From positions 30,628,001 to 30,692,000 of the forward strand of contig OX597823.1 of assembly GCA_951406725.2 (NCBI GenBank): a DNA stretch of 64,000 nucleotides, read 5' to 3'. How positions within the stretch are numbered: position 1 is the first letter of the stretch; the number at the start of each line of letters is the position of its first letter. Shown here in pieces: positions 64,000 to 64,000 of this stretch. The notes under the pieces are model-generated. The model was not told the DNA's origin, did not search any database, and saw only the letters and a program-made list of their open reading frames with translations. The translations under genes and the position numbers were made by a program. The DNA comes from Octopus vulgaris (Eukaryota).

Positions 64000-64000
64000 A

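Overview
AT-rich, microsatellite- and transposon-dense animal genomic DNA. The repeat landscape (several tRNA-derived SINEs, RTE/CR1/Dong LINE relics, TTAA-MITEs) looks like octopus/coleoid cephalopod DNA; this is an inference. Almost all ORFs in the track are microsatellite or TE artefacts. Host coding sequence I can support: (1) an intron-free TRMT6/Gcd10 ORF on the minus strand (62608 to the window end, N-terminus outside the window); (2) the last two coding exons (27223-27333, 31078-31325, +) of a small single-pass membrane protein with three PY motifs (PPAY, PPKY, LPSY). Mobile DNA includes a decayed Helitron Rep-helicase (56.7-60.0 kb), two complete non-autonomous Helitrons, and Tc1/mariner, hAT and piggyBac-like MITEs. 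The most notable signal is a multi-copy non-autonomous element that joins a tRNA-like Pol III head, an (AAT)n spacer and a Penelope-type minimal hammerhead ribozyme. It occurs as inverted or partial-tandem composites, three of them with 12-13 bp duplications at TTAACCC MITE termini. A second repeat family appears to carry a hammerhead variant with a U3-A8 core covariation.
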